From the NCBI GenBank assembly GCA_021613535.1, contig CP075492.1:8122001-8186000 (forward strand): a stretch of DNA of 64,000 nt, in the 5' to 3' direction. Shown one piece after another: positions 25,414-40,400 of the stretch. Numbering within the stretch: position 1 is the stretch's first letter; each line of letters opens with the position of its first letter. The translations under genes were made by a program, and so were the position numbers. The DNA is from Adineta vaga. Its lineage: Eukaryota; Animalia; Rotifera. The notes beneath the pieces were generated by a model. It saw only the letters and a program-made list of their open reading frames with translations, made no database searches and had not been told where the DNA came from.

Positions 25414-28400
25414 TCAAACATCTGCACTTCTCAGTCTGGAAAATTCCGCTCTCTGATCCATATAAATCTATAAACAAAACAATATATTCTTTATAAAACA
25501 ATCAGTTTTACATACCCTGTCAATTGCTGCTAACAATTCATCGATTTTCCTAGGAAAATGTTCGATTGGATCAAAGAATAATGAACGCATTCGACGATCT
25601 CGTTCAGCATAAACTTCCGATTGACTGCGCTTTCGCAAACCTAAAACAATCAATCATTTCCCTCTCTCTCTCTCTCTTTCTCTCTGTTCAATAAACACTT
25701 TTACCTGTATATTGTATAAACTTCTTCCACATAAATGATAAAATTATTTGATCTTCAATTCTTGTCTCTTTGGCTCGACGAAAACTATCATTGATAATCG
25801 AAAGAAACATACTCAAACAAACAAATACAACTACAAAAATAAATAATGTAAAACAAAATGGACCAAGAAATGCACCAGCTTCAATCAATTCAGTCGCATC
25901 AAATTTCATCAATGTAATTTCAAATAACATTTGTGCTGTACTTAACAAACTTGAACAGGATGAAAGTTTTGAAACAAATAAAAGATAAAATAAAGTCAAA
26001 TATGACATATATACAATTGAAAACATCAGAAAGAATTGAATTAATTCATTCGCAGCTATTCGAAGTGTTTCAGTAAATAATGATACACGATGATTAAAAC
26101 GAAAGAAATGAACAAATTTTATCATTCCAAAAAAACAACAATAACCAAGTAAATATGTTAAAATATCATTTACATATGCTGCAAGTTGTAAATTTATATA
26201 AACATAACCATTTGTCTTTTCAAATAAATTACTGACACGAGCACTTTCTCGAAAACGCCAAATATAAACTCCAACACTTGTCCACGAACAAACAATGATT
26301 CCTATTTGAATTATTGACCAAAATTGACGAAAATATCGAGTTTTCAATTGAATTACTGATTGAATCTCAACTTTCATGAAATAAATTATAAATAACATAC
26401 ACAATATTGTACAAACAATTTGTAATACTGATGTAAATGCTAAATACAAATATTCAAATTACATTCTCTTCTCTATTCAATTACAAACAATAATGAGAAA
26501 ATACTTACTATAGAAATTAATTGGATCAAAACGAGCTGATGGAAATACTCCACCTGTTAATAAGAATTCAGTTAATAATGTCACTGATGTTAATAATTTC
26601 ACATTTGGATTATATAAAGTCATTTGAATAAATACAGCTCTTGTCTTACTATCAATCCATTCTAATTGATGAAGTTGAGAAAGATTCTTTTTCATATCAG
26701 ATAAACTTCCACGAAATTCATAAACATAACCACCACCTCGATATGTTTCATGTTCACCAACATAAGCATACGTATCTAACTCATCACTTGAACGATATCG
26801 AAATGCTTTCATTATTGATGAACTATACTTTCCCCCACTCATCGTCACCATTGTTGTTTCATTTATCCATCCTGGTTCAAATGATCGTTTGTCTTCATTA
26901 AATATACTATAACTATGTTCACATCTCGTTATAAGACGTTGATCATCACATAATTCTGTTTTGATACGAAGTTGTCTCATCATTGCCCAACCAATCAATC
27001 GATTCGATTTATCATTCAAATATCCATTCAAATATCGTGCTGCATCACCATTGTACCATTGTTGTGCACGAAGATTATCAACAAAACTATTCTCTAACCA
27101 ATTCCAATATTGTTCAATTGTCAAAATCTAAAATTAACATTTTCAAATCATTACAGAATAAGAAAAGAAAAAGTCATCATCAACAAACCTTCGTATAATC
27201 AACACTACTTTGTCTTGTATTGAACAAATAACTACGAAGATGATTCACTTGATGAAAACTATTTGCTTCACGATTTCCATATGTGATCAAAAAGATCAAT
27301 GTTGCAAAGATGACATAGATGAGAAATTCATGAATTATTGACCACATTTGCATTTCTTTTAGACGTTGTTCACGTGCATCTCTGATCTCATTCTCATTCA
27401 GTCGTTTGGCACTTTTCATTGTTTGTGGATTAAATATACCATGATTCTAAACACAACATCAAGAACAACATCTCTCATTCATCCCTAATAACATACTTCA
27501 CTTCCATGAAGATCATTATCACCAGTATCATCGAATTCAATTCGATCATCATCAATGTATTCACTTGCTTCTTTGTCATTTGTCGAATTTCGACAAAACA
27601 GTGCAAAAAATACTGCTAAACACAAGATCTAAATCAAATCAAACATATATGTATGAACGAATGCAAATGACAAATGAGAGAGATAGGCTATGTACTTTGA
27701 TTGGTTGAGTAAGAAGAATCGATGAAAAGAATCCAGTGAGAACAGATGTTAACCATTGTTGAGTTTTGACATCACCAAATTCAATACCTCGTGCAATGAT
27801 GAAAAGAATCGAAATGGCAATGATCGCAAATGATAGACCATAGGCAATAAACAAACACCACCAAGGCAATGTTCTTGGTTGTTTCTTTCTTCGTGTTGAT
27901 TCAACACTTTCCGAACTACAATGAAAAACAAAAGTGAACAACTCTCACAGACGATAAATATAATATATATATACGAACAATGCTCGAGATGCGTTGATTT
28001 TATGTAATGCTTGACGTAATGGTGAAGTTTGTTGTCGAGATCGAATGCGACGAAAGAATTGAACAATAAAAAGACTTGGAATAAGTGTTAACAGTTCAAC
28101 CATGACTCCAATTCCAATCTAATCACATTAACAAATAACAATATGAACAACTATCACATTTCATCAAATGCACAAGCATTGATTTCCAACTGAATGTTGC
28201 TCTCTGTCTCTTTCACTCACTTCACTAATTATCTTACCTGTTGTGGTGTGATGTAAAGAGGACCGATGACTAAACCATTCGTTTGTGTTTGATTTGCTGA
28301 TTTGGCTTCATTTGATAAATCATAATACATGATATTGAGTAACATCGATACAAAAAATAAAACAAAACAGCAAGTACATCGTTGTACACGAGTAAATCGA

Positions 28401-31400
28401 TTCGATGGTGGACGAGAAAAGATCGAAAACCACAAATGACCATCAGATACACTATGATATGCTTTCTTCGATAATACATATGAAAACTCTTGTTTTTCCA
28501 TTTCACCAGCAACTGGTAATATTCGTTCGATCTATATTCAAATAGAATAAAACAATAATCACATTTTCTTTTTCAACTTACTCGTCCATCATCTTGTTCA
28601 ACTGCCAACCATTTTTGAGCAATAAAATAAAACTTTTCCATTGTTTCAAGATCACGAACAATGATATATTTCAAATACCATGATGCTGATGAACCTGCAC
28701 CTGAATTATCATGCCAAATTCGAATATAATTCAACAATCCCAATGATCTAAATATCATTTCATCAATTCTCTTCTTCACATTCATTTGTATTCGAACTTA
28801 CTTTGGTACTGCCATGACAAAAGCATCAATACCACCACGTTGAAAGATCTTTCGATGTGGATCAGCTAATGCACGAATCTCTGTTTGATCGTCATCACCT
28901 GACAACACAAAATGAACCTAATTAAAAAAGACAATAAACAATCTTTTTCCTCATCCATTCTTTTTCTCTCCGACAATCATTTACTTTTGATTCTGTACCA
29001 GCATTCGTTCGTTGACCAGTAAAAACAAGAATCTGATAATAATATTGATCAGATCTACGATTATCACCCAATGGTGTCACTCCCAACTACAAAACAAAAA
29101 GAAAACATTCATTTTCACTTCAACTACTTTACATATTTACTTTTTCAATATCTTTCTTGTCTTTGAAACGACCATAAATCATTAGAATGATATAAAGTAC
29201 CGATGTACAAATCATTGTCAAATACACAGTCTTATTTTTCATAAAATCAGCATTCGCAAATACATAACTCCAATTGATCGGTGCAGGTAAAACAATAAAT
29301 CCACCAGCAAATGTTGTCAAATGATTCGATAGACATTCAGTTTCATAATGATTCGTCAATGGTCCAACCTATTTATTATTTTATACAAAAAATAAATAAA
29401 TTAGATTCTCTTCAAATCAATAACAACACTATGACATCATCATCATCATACTTACAACTAATCCTTCTGATTTCCAATTATTATTCTCATCAAGATAATA
29501 ACAACCTGATGTATAAATACGTAATTCATAATTCGATGTAAAATTACATTCTATGTCTGTCACTGGTACACTACTATTATCTAATGTTTTATTATTCCAA
29601 CAATATTCATTCATTTCCAAAATACTCAATTCACGTATACCAAATATCAATGATTGATGATCTGATGTTTTTTCATTATCAATATAATATTTATACATCT
29701 TTTCATCATTTAACACTACAAAACAAAACAATAAATCAACACATCAAATTCATACAAATAACTTCATTACTCGAAGGACAAAACATTGTCCATCCATCAA
29801 TTGACTTGATTGAACTATTCAATTGTGGTGCTTGATCAAATTTATAAATAAATAAATAACCTAAACTTTCATTCAATGATCGAATTTCAAAATGAACGGA
29901 AATCGAAAGTGAACTTGTGATATTAATATAATGTAAATGAAATAATACATGATCAGATGTTGTTTTATTCACTGATGTAGTTACATTTTGAAGATACATT
30001 GATGAAATAATGATACTAGGATCACGAGGTATAATAACTTTGATTGGTGTACTGCGATTTGTTGAAAATGGAATTTCATTTCCATTATTATCCACAAATG
30101 TTAATGCAACTGATCTCGAAAGATTTGTATTAGAAAAATTACCATTCACAGCAAGTGGATCCATTTTGGACTAAACACAACAACAACAACAGAGCATCAA
30201 TTATCATCGCACATAAAAAACGAAAAGAAAGAAGAACTTACTCGAAGTGAAAATGAACTATGATGATCTGTTGTATTCAATGTGAACTGAGATGGAAGAT
30301 AAAATGAGGCAGATCCAACTTGTTTAATCGTTTTATTTGATAAAGATTCGATCGATATTGTTTCTAATGACATAAATGTTTGTGATGTATTCATGAGTAA
30401 ATTTTGACCAACATTCAAATGAATATTTAATGAAGATGTGACGAATGAAATGATTTGTGTTGATTGAACTTGAATTTCATTGGCTAATTTCTTTTGATAA
30501 TATAGATTTCGTCTTTGTTCAATTGAACTACTATCTGTACTATCGCTAGAACCTGCATTTTGAAATGGAGACAAAATGAAACAATCCATAATGGTAATTG
30601 CAAATAATCTTACTTATACTTGACCATTCCGATTCAATGTCAGTATCATAATCAGTTGAGATTGCATTGGCTCGTGACATATCCAAATCAAGTGAAAGTG
30701 TTCGTTCTTGTAATGGCCCATTGACACTCTAAAACGATCACAAATTCATCATATATTATCGTCATTTAAATCGAGTGGAAAGAAACACTTTCGATTTTCT
30801 TTTATACACAACGAACTAATCGAATTATGAATAGTGAATAAAGATATGTACTTCTCAACTATCAAAATATCTCTACTACCGTCAAGATGTTCGAAGCACA
30901 TTGAATTAGTTGATTCGCTGCCACTTCCACATCTTCATACGGGATCTTTTGAGCCATCGAATACAGTACAACAGCTAAATCATAACATCTATTAGATGCA
31001 ACTGTCTAAAATCATATGTGCCACATTCTTTCCTTTCATGTTTACAAATCATCTTACCAAAGCTGATCTTGTCAACTGATTTGTTGATTGAGTCATTTGT
31101 GCTAATGTCGACGCTTGAAGTTTAATACTATTCGATGTTGTGATTGCAAGATTTGTTACATATGATATCACATAATCTCTCATATTTGCTTGAGAATTCA
31201 CTTCTTTACTATATTCAGCTAATGCAGATGCATTCACTGATGATGATGTCACAGACTATTCAAATACACAGAAATCATCAAATCAAAACATATCTACTTT
31301 GACTTTGACTTACTCCATTGCCTCCTGAATTTGAGCTTCCCAATGATGATATGGATACACTTGCAGCTGGTACTCCATCTAAACGAACAAACAAAAAGCA

Positions 31401-34400
31401 AGTGACGAACATTGTTTGCATCTCTAATCATTGTATCCTAATATATATATATATATATTCAATGAGATTTACTTGATATTGCTTTTTCACTACTTTCACT
31501 TTCCATCTGATTGAGTTGTTGTGAAAGTGATGTAAGAACTTGTCCAACAACATTCTGATTTCCACTTGAAAGTAATTGTACCATTGGATTATTTGACAAT
31601 GCTGCATCCGATGAACTCATTTGTACATTACTCATCAAATCATTCATGCTAACACTATCAACAATCACTTGAACAGATGACATATTCACTTCTGTCACAC
31701 AATCAACAAGATCTCGAACATAAATAATCATATGTAATAATGATGTTTGTTCATCTCCAGCTGGTAACCGAACTTGAAATTGAGAAACAGATGAAAATGC
31801 AACCATTACTTTCTTTGATATATCACTTGTCCATACTACAATCATCATTTTATACAAACATACATACATACATTGATCATATTCACAAACTTCTCTACAT
31901 ACCATATAATGAATAATCTTTGACTCCATCTTCATCATACCAATTGGGACATGAAACAGTAAATGAACTTGTTGTTGTTCCATTCTTTGGATTCATCGTG
32001 CATGAACCATTCGAAGGCGATTGATTGATAACAAAATTCAATGCACTTGTACTTGATTCATTTGCAAATTGATAAACAACTTCGAATCGCCATAATCGAA
32101 TACTTGGATTATCAACAAATAAACGATATGATGCTGTAAAGTTACTTGTATTGCTTCCTAAAAAAACAAATGCATTTTCATTTTCATTCACACAAAACAA
32201 CAACAACAACATCTTTACCAAAAAACCAAATATTCTCATATGTAATCATTCGATCGAACAAAGTCCATTGAGTAGAATTCGAAGATGAATTACTATCACT
32301 TTTATAAATATTCCAATGAATATCGACAAGATTTTCACAAACTCCAACACAAAATGCAAACAATGCAACTTGTGTTGTTGGATTGACTAGTTGAAATTCA
32401 AGATTTGGTGAACATAATGTTGATATCACACAACTACAAGTACATGAAAACAGATCATCACATATATCTAACACTTAATCATTGAAATGACTTTACCCAA
32501 TAACAACCAATTTTGGAAGTGTATCTTCGATTGTCACAGTAACAAAGCCTGTGGCTTGAATCGAAGCATTCTTGCGATTTTCCATATAAACCATGAATTG
32601 ATACATTTGATTCGATTGAAGAGTACCAGACAGAAGTGTTAACGATGATTTTGGTGAAGAAGTCAAATTACCAAAGATTAAACCTGTTCCATTATCTTTA
32701 TTTCAATATAAAATGAAAATAGATAGAAATTCTCATCAATCTCTATTCACCATTCCTACCTGACCGATCCGACAAGCATGATGGATTCAATGGATCACTT
32801 TTCGAATTTTCAATTGTTAACAATCGTCCTTGACTATTTGGAAAATTATATGAACCATACCATCGACAATAATAGTCATATTTCCATTTCTAAACCAAAA
32901 TAAAACATCATTTCATGCAATAAATACTCCTACAAATTCCAATAAACAACAATCAATTCTTATCTACACGAATAACTGAGCATTGCCAAGCACAAATCTG
33001 CTCTTATCAATGATTGACTTACAAATGATCATCATTATCTACTAACATTCATTTCAGTATAAAAATGTTAATTTATGACGATAGATTTCTATGCATGATC
33101 AAAAGATGACTGTTACTTACACTTGCATCGAATGCATCTTCATCAGGATCAACTGAATACGATCCTGGATCAAGTTCAAGATCTTGTTCTTTACCACGTG
33201 TGATCATCGATGTTCCCAATGGAACAGGATTTGCTGTAATTCCTGATGGAGTTATCATGACATGAACTGAAGAAGATGATTTTGCACTTGGAAACTGTTT
33301 CATTGATACAGTTAAAGTCAGTTCATACATTCCATAAGCAAAAGTTCTTGATGGAGCATAGAATTCACTCAACGTTGTACGGATCTTGTCACTCAATCCA
33401 ATTCGATAGAGACATGAAGTCGAAGTACAATTCTTCACTGACCATTGTATCAGAGTTGTAAGTGATGCATTACAACGAAACTGAATTGTTGAACTGATGG
33501 AAAAATCTTGATTTCGTCGATATTGCAGTGGTGATGTCAAAGATGATCCACCAGGAATAAGTGTAATCGTCGGTGAATAACAAACTAATATTCAAATAAC
33601 AAACATATACAGTCATAGTTTATGTCTTGCTACTGTAATATAATAATGTCAGATATAGTTACCTTTGAACTCTTCTGTTGTTGTTACTGATGTTGTGGTT
33701 GACATTGGGTCATCTAAAAAGAATATATAGATATTTTCAGAGAGAGACACAATGAACAACTATTTCAAGATAAATGAAAGTGATTAACATACCGGTAGAC
33801 GTAATAGATGTAGTAGATGTTGCGGTGGATGTTGAAGTGGATGTAGTGGACGTGCTAGTAGACGTGCTGAATGAGGTGGTGGACGTGCTAGACGTGGTGG
33901 TGAATGTGCTGGTGGACGTGGCGATAGTAGTACTGGTGGACGTTGAAGTGGATGTACTGGATGTGGTGGAAGACGTCGTAGTGGACGTGCTAGACGAGAC
34001 GGTGGACGTACTGGACGTGGTGGTAGACGTCGTACTGGACGTGCTCGTGGACGTTGAAGTGGATGTTGAACTGGATGTGATAGTGAATGTACTGGACGTG
34101 GTGGTAGAAGTACTGGTGGACGTTGAAGTGGATGTAGTGGACGTGGTGGTAGACGTCGTAGTAGACGTGCTGAATGAGGTGGTGGACGTGCTAGACGAGA
34201 TGGTGGATGTACTGGATGTGGTGGAAGACGTCGTACTGGACGTGCTCGTGGACGTTGAAGTGGATGTTGAACTGGATGTGATAGTGAATGTACTGGACGT
34301 GGTGGTAGACGTCGTAGTAGACGTGCTGAATGAGGTGGTGGACGTGCTAGACGAGATGGTGGATGTACTGGATGTGGTGGAAGACGTCGTACTGGACGTG

Positions 34401-37400
34401 CTCGTGGACGTTGAAGTGGATGTTGAACTGGATGTGGTGGTAGACGTGCTAGTTGAGGTACTGGATTGTGTTGCACTTGTCATCAAACTCGTTTCTTGCA
34501 TATTATTTGTTCCAGTAGCTACTGTTGTTGGCACGCCAGATGTAAAAGGCATCATACTCGTTTGAATCGTCGTCGGTGAGCCTGCAAATAATTAAGTTTA
34601 GACAGGTATTTCTTCACTCTAACACAGAACTAGTTGCTCAATATCACTTATTATCTCTCTTTCAACAACTATGATATTCTCACTACTACTTCTTCCTCAC
34701 AACAATTACTTACTACAATTCGTTTTCTGAGCAGAAAACATTTGAATTCGACTATTATTTCGATCAGCAACATACATATTCCCATAACTATCAAATGCCA
34801 TACTTTGTGGAAATGACAATTGACTTGCACTTGAACCACTAATACCATTACAACCAACAATACATCGAAATCCATAAGGACCTGATCCAATGATTCGATG
34901 ATTATAACTATCCACAATAAATAAATAACCGCTTTTATCCATCACAACTCCACTAGGACAACGCAAAGTCATATCTCCGGATGATGAACCATTGCCAACA
35001 ACAGTCTCTGCACTCATTTGTCCTATTGCTGACATACGCTGAATTCGATCATTTCCACAGTCTGCAACATACAAGTTCATATTGCTATCCACATAGATTC
35101 CTTGAGGAAAACTAAGCATATTCGATGCTGATCCTGCACTTCCATTTCCTAATATCACCCATGGAATACTTGTACCATTATTCAGTGAAACTTGTACTAC
35201 TTGATGAATATCACGAAGTGAACAATACAAAGAATTATTACTATCAACAAATAAACCATAACAACTTCCGTTCACCTTCATTACAGTCGTTACAATTGAT
35301 GAATTAAATGAAAACTTATCTACTCGACCATTTGCATATCCATTATCAACATAAACATCACCAGCCAATGAAACAAAAGTACTGTATGGACGATTCAAAT
35401 TACCAGAGTTATTTCTTGTTGGTGTACTATCATACTGTGACCATATTAAAACAATGTTATTCGATTGACTTGCAACATAAACAGTATTGATTCCATCAAT
35501 GAAGATACCATAGGGTAATGAACCAATAGTAGTACTCGATGCAAATGTTGATGCATTGGCAAACCATGAAGCATCGAAACAAAAGTTTGGTTGATTGTAT
35601 GAAATACCTAGATGGACAAATGCATCAATTACCATTACAATAAAGTGTCTACATCAAAGAACGAATAGAAAACATCACTCACTACATGAATTGCTTGCTA
35701 AGAGAAACTTTTGAACTCGATAATTGACTTGATCAGCAACAAAGATATTTCCATAACTATCGAAACTGAATTCTCGTGGACTATTCAGTTGACTAGATGA
35801 TGAACCTGCAACTTTTGTACAACCAAACAAACATCGAAATCCATATGGACCTGATCCAATGAGTCGATTATTGTAGTTATCAGTTACAAATAAATATCCA
35901 TTACCATCAAATGCAATATCATTTGGACAGTCAAATGTAAAGGTACCTGGTGCACCATTACCAGCTATGGTAATAGCATTCATTTGTCCCAAAGGAAACA
36001 TTTGAATTCGATCATTACCACAATCTCCAACATATAAATTAAACTGATAGTCAACATAAATTCCACAAGGATAGTAAAGATCGCTTGCAGCTGAACTAGC
36101 ACCACCTGTACCAGCTGCTATTGTATTAGTTGTGTCATTATTAGACAACCATTTCTTTGCAACTCGATGACTGCCAGTCATTGAACAGTAGAGAGTATTA
36201 GTTGTGTCGACAAACAGATCATAACATTGTGCAGTAATTGTCATAGCCGATATACCACTCGTGGAACTTGGACCCCATTTGTCTACTCGACCGTAACTGA
36301 GACCATTATCAAGATAAATATCACCGGAAAGTGTTGCGAAAATACTTAATGATCCATCCATTCCACCAGTCAAATTTCTGTCAGGAAGAATACTTCCTTC
36401 TCTCCATACATATGATTGATCATTTAGCCAGCTAGGTATATAAACAGTATTATTAACATCAACGAAGACTCCATAAACATAAGTATTAAGTATTCGAGTG
36501 TCTGCAAAAGTAACACCATCAGTATACCAAGTGGCGGATGGACAAAACTTCGGCTGATTGAAAGAAAAAGCTAGAATGAAACAAATAAAACTTAATGAGA
36601 AGAAAAATCACTACCTTCATGTCATGTCATCAATGTTTAAACATAGTTTTCAACAAAGACTCAATTATAAGAAATCGTTCGTGAGATCAAAATCGACCAC
36701 TCATTCGCATCATCAATATCGCTCATTGAACAGTCGATATATTCACAACTATCTATCACCCTATTACTGAGTACATCATACTTACGATAAGTCGTATTTG
36801 GTTGTAGAATAAACTTTTGTATACGATAATTAATTCGATCAGCGACATAGATATTTCCATAGCTGTCAAAACTCATAGTTGATGGCAAATACAAACCACT
36901 TGATGTGCTACCAGCAGCGCCTGTACATCCAACTAAACAACGAAAACCATTCGATCCTGATCCAACAATACGATGATTACTACTATCCAAAATGAACAAA
37001 TATCCATCACCGTCCAGCATCACATCACTAGGACAACTGAGTGAAATGGTCCCTGCGGCTGATGCACCTGCTATTGTAGTTGCAACTAATTGCCCTGATT
37101 GAAAGAGTTGAACGCGATTATTGCCACAATCAGCAACATACAGATTGAGAGAAGTGTCTACAAAAATCCCACGAGGCAAATAAAGCTTATTAGCAGTTGA
37201 ACCAGAACAGTATGTTCCAGCACCGATAGTCCACATCGTAGAATTGTTATTTAACGATGTCATTGCAACTTGATGATAATCATACAATGAACAATAAAGA
37301 TTGTTGCTGACATCAATAAAAATATCATAACATATATATTTAACAGACATGACTGATGTTCGTATTGTTCCATTTGATGTATATTTATCAACACGCTTAT

Positions 37401-40400
37401 ATGAATATCCATTATCAATATAAATATCACCTGTTACTGTAGCAAAAATACTATATGTATAGCCCACATCAGTTGTTATAGTACGACTAGGTGTAGTGCT
37501 TCCTTCGAGCCAAATTTGAATCTTGTTATCACCTCTATTTGCAACGTAGACAGTATTGTTTTTATCGACAAAAATACCAAAGGGTTCGACGCCCACTGTT
37601 GTACTCGTAGCGAATGTAATTGCATTTCCACTCCATATTGCATATGGACTAAATTTTGGTTGATTGTATGAAATAACTATAACAAAATCACATTATATTT
37701 GGTTTTCATCGGGAGTTTTTTGACAACTGTGAAATTCTTCTACCTCAAAGTTACTCATATAAGTCCTGTTGCGACGAAAACTGCATCATCATGATGCATA
37801 TCATCGTTCTTTTATAAATAATCGAAATCAACAAAAGAGGAAATAGAAAAATACATGCATGTGTATGATTTATGTTGTCTCTTTCGACGACGAAATGAGT
37901 AGTGAATCTGATGAGAAACTTGCAATATCAATCTTTTTGTCCTTGTCATCTCTAATAGTAGAATAGATGATATAGATCATATAGTATCAGTGTTTGTCAT
38001 AAGCTTTCTTACAAACGATGATCTATCATGTCAACTGAAACGGTAGTCTTATTATTCGTAATCTCGCATGTATCATATTGTTAACGTAGCAGCTCTCGGA
38101 ATTCTATCTTTTTCTCTCTCTCTCTCTATCTACCTTGTTATCTTTGTTTTCTATTCTTCTATACATATATATATATATGTGTGTTCTTGTATGAAGAGGT
38201 TAGTTAGGTTTTTATTTTATATAAATAAACATCGTCAGCTCGAATACGAGCTAACATATTGGTGCCGTGACCGGTCTTTTTCTATTTTTTTCCATCGAAA
38301 AAGAATCAAGTACCAGGTCTTTATAAACTCATCCTTCATCAGGAAAGAGTGATTATTATTTCATCCGTGACGGAAAGAGAGTCAGGTGAATTCATCAATC
38401 AAAATTATTAATTATAATTACTGAAATTATTCAGTCGAAGAAGGTATAGTATTCTTCACATATACGATTCGCTTTCATTCTTTGAAAATATCTATACGAA
38501 CACGGCTGACGGCATTCGAAGAAGAACAAAGAGAATAAGTGCAAACCTTTATCCATACGAAATAATAACGTAATCATCAAAACAAACACGTCGGCAAAAC
38601 ACACGAAAAATTTGTCTATACACAACATGACGAAAGACACCGCATTAAACAATACCTCGACGAACGAAACGCACTCGGACGATACGATGACGAAAAACAC
38701 CTCGATGCTGATGGGAGCAACGAAAAATACCTCGACCGATGTGAACCCGATGGAACTTCGACAATTACATTCCAGTCAACAGGAAGCCATGAAGAAAATT
38801 AATGAGTATTCGGGAGAATCTAATGAATTGGATATTGATGAATGGTTATATGATCTAACTAATTTATTCTCGCTAATGCAATTACAAGATGAAACAAAAA
38901 TATTGTTGACGATGGGAAAATTAACCGGATCAGCATTACGATGGTATCAAGGAAATTTAACATCATTTGGTGATTGGAAGGAAGCAGAAGAAGCATTACG
39001 AGATCGATTCAAAACATTCACGTCAGATGGTCAATTAGTACAAGAATTCTTCCAGCTTCGACAAGAAGAAGATCAATCAACTACAGCATTTTACGATATG
39101 GTTATGCGCAAATATCGAAAAGCAAGTGGATTAGTTACTGAAAAACAAATCATTACGGTACTACAAGCAGGTGTGAAACATTCATTGAAGGAACAATTAA
39201 TTCGAAATGAAGTTAATATCTCGAAACCCGAAGAATGGCTGCTGATGGCAAGGGAAGAAGAACATATACAACGACGAATTCAACAACGCAATACACCACC
39301 ACGAGCAGCAACACAAATACCATATTTCGAATCAACATTACCGACGGCAACAATTCAACAATCATCATCGCATCGCCGATACGCACAACAACATGCCGGT
39401 GGAAATCAACAGGAATATCAACCATATGAACGACGTTCAAGTACAGTACGACAACAACCAAATAATCGACGGAATACGACTCAACGGTCGAAACCATGTT
39501 TAATCTGCAATCGAACGAACCATTCGACGATGCAATGCTTCTATAAGAAGGAAGATGGTTGCTTTAGATGTGGACAGTCAAATCATCGAATACGTGATTG
39601 TCCGCAACGTTATTTTTTCGAGTAAAGGGATCGGTTGATGGCGACGATCCTTGTGGACTTCAAAAGTCATCATCATCGACAACAACATCAACATCATCAC
39701 TTACAACAACAACTGAAACATACAATCCAATCTTTGTCAAAATCTTATGCAATAATACTCCACAAGAAGCACTAATCGATACAGGATCGGCCATCACAAT
39801 AATTCACAAACGTCTATTGAACAAGATCCCGCACAAACAATTTATACCACGACTAAAGAATCATCTATCAGCCAGTTGCTCAGCAGTGAACATTATCGGC
39901 GAAGTAACATTATTCATCAATATCGAAGGAATTACGACTCAAGTGACTGCTGATGTAGCAACAAATCTCGTTACAAATTTAATACTTGGTAGTGATTGGA
40001 TTCAAACAAACAATGTATACATATTAACTCCCGAAAAGCGAATTATGATGAAAAAACGAGGTAGAGAAGTATCAACTCCTTTTATAAAACCACCAATTTT
40101 GAACTATCCAGCAACACTTGTTAATTATATTACACTTTCTCCTTTTTCAGAACACATTATAGAAGCTCAACTGCAACAAGAAAAGATAGTCGATGCATTA
40201 TTTGAACCAAATCCTCATTTACAACGTAAAGCATTATTTATGGCATGTACATTACTTAACATCAACGACGGAAAAGCAACGATCAGTATCATAAATGCAA
40301 CGAATCGACGACAAACACTTTCGGAAGGCACACGGATTGGTATGGTGACACAGATGGCAAATTCGGTTAATCTTATAGTACCATCGAACCATCCCGATGA

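Noticed and set aside
33793-34470. CRISPR-like array
   Set aside because: No constant repeat with unique spacers, eukaryotic context, and the repeat is coding.
33774-34565. 263-aa Val/Asp-rich ORF (+) and 230-aa Pro/Arg-rich ORF (-)
   Set aside because: Shadow frames of the Ser/Thr repeat exon; only the S/T frame is in phase with the flanking polycystin exons.
37741-37860. Separate start or signal exon for a polycystin gene downstream of the LTR insertion
   Set aside because: Minus-strand ATGs at ~37856-37860 hit stops within about 15 codons, and the 37676 acceptor matches the phase of the 46430 donor.
38068-38352. Duplicated hydrophobic ORF (also 46001-46261)
   Set aside because: Translation through the LTR microsatellites; the duplication is the LTR itself.
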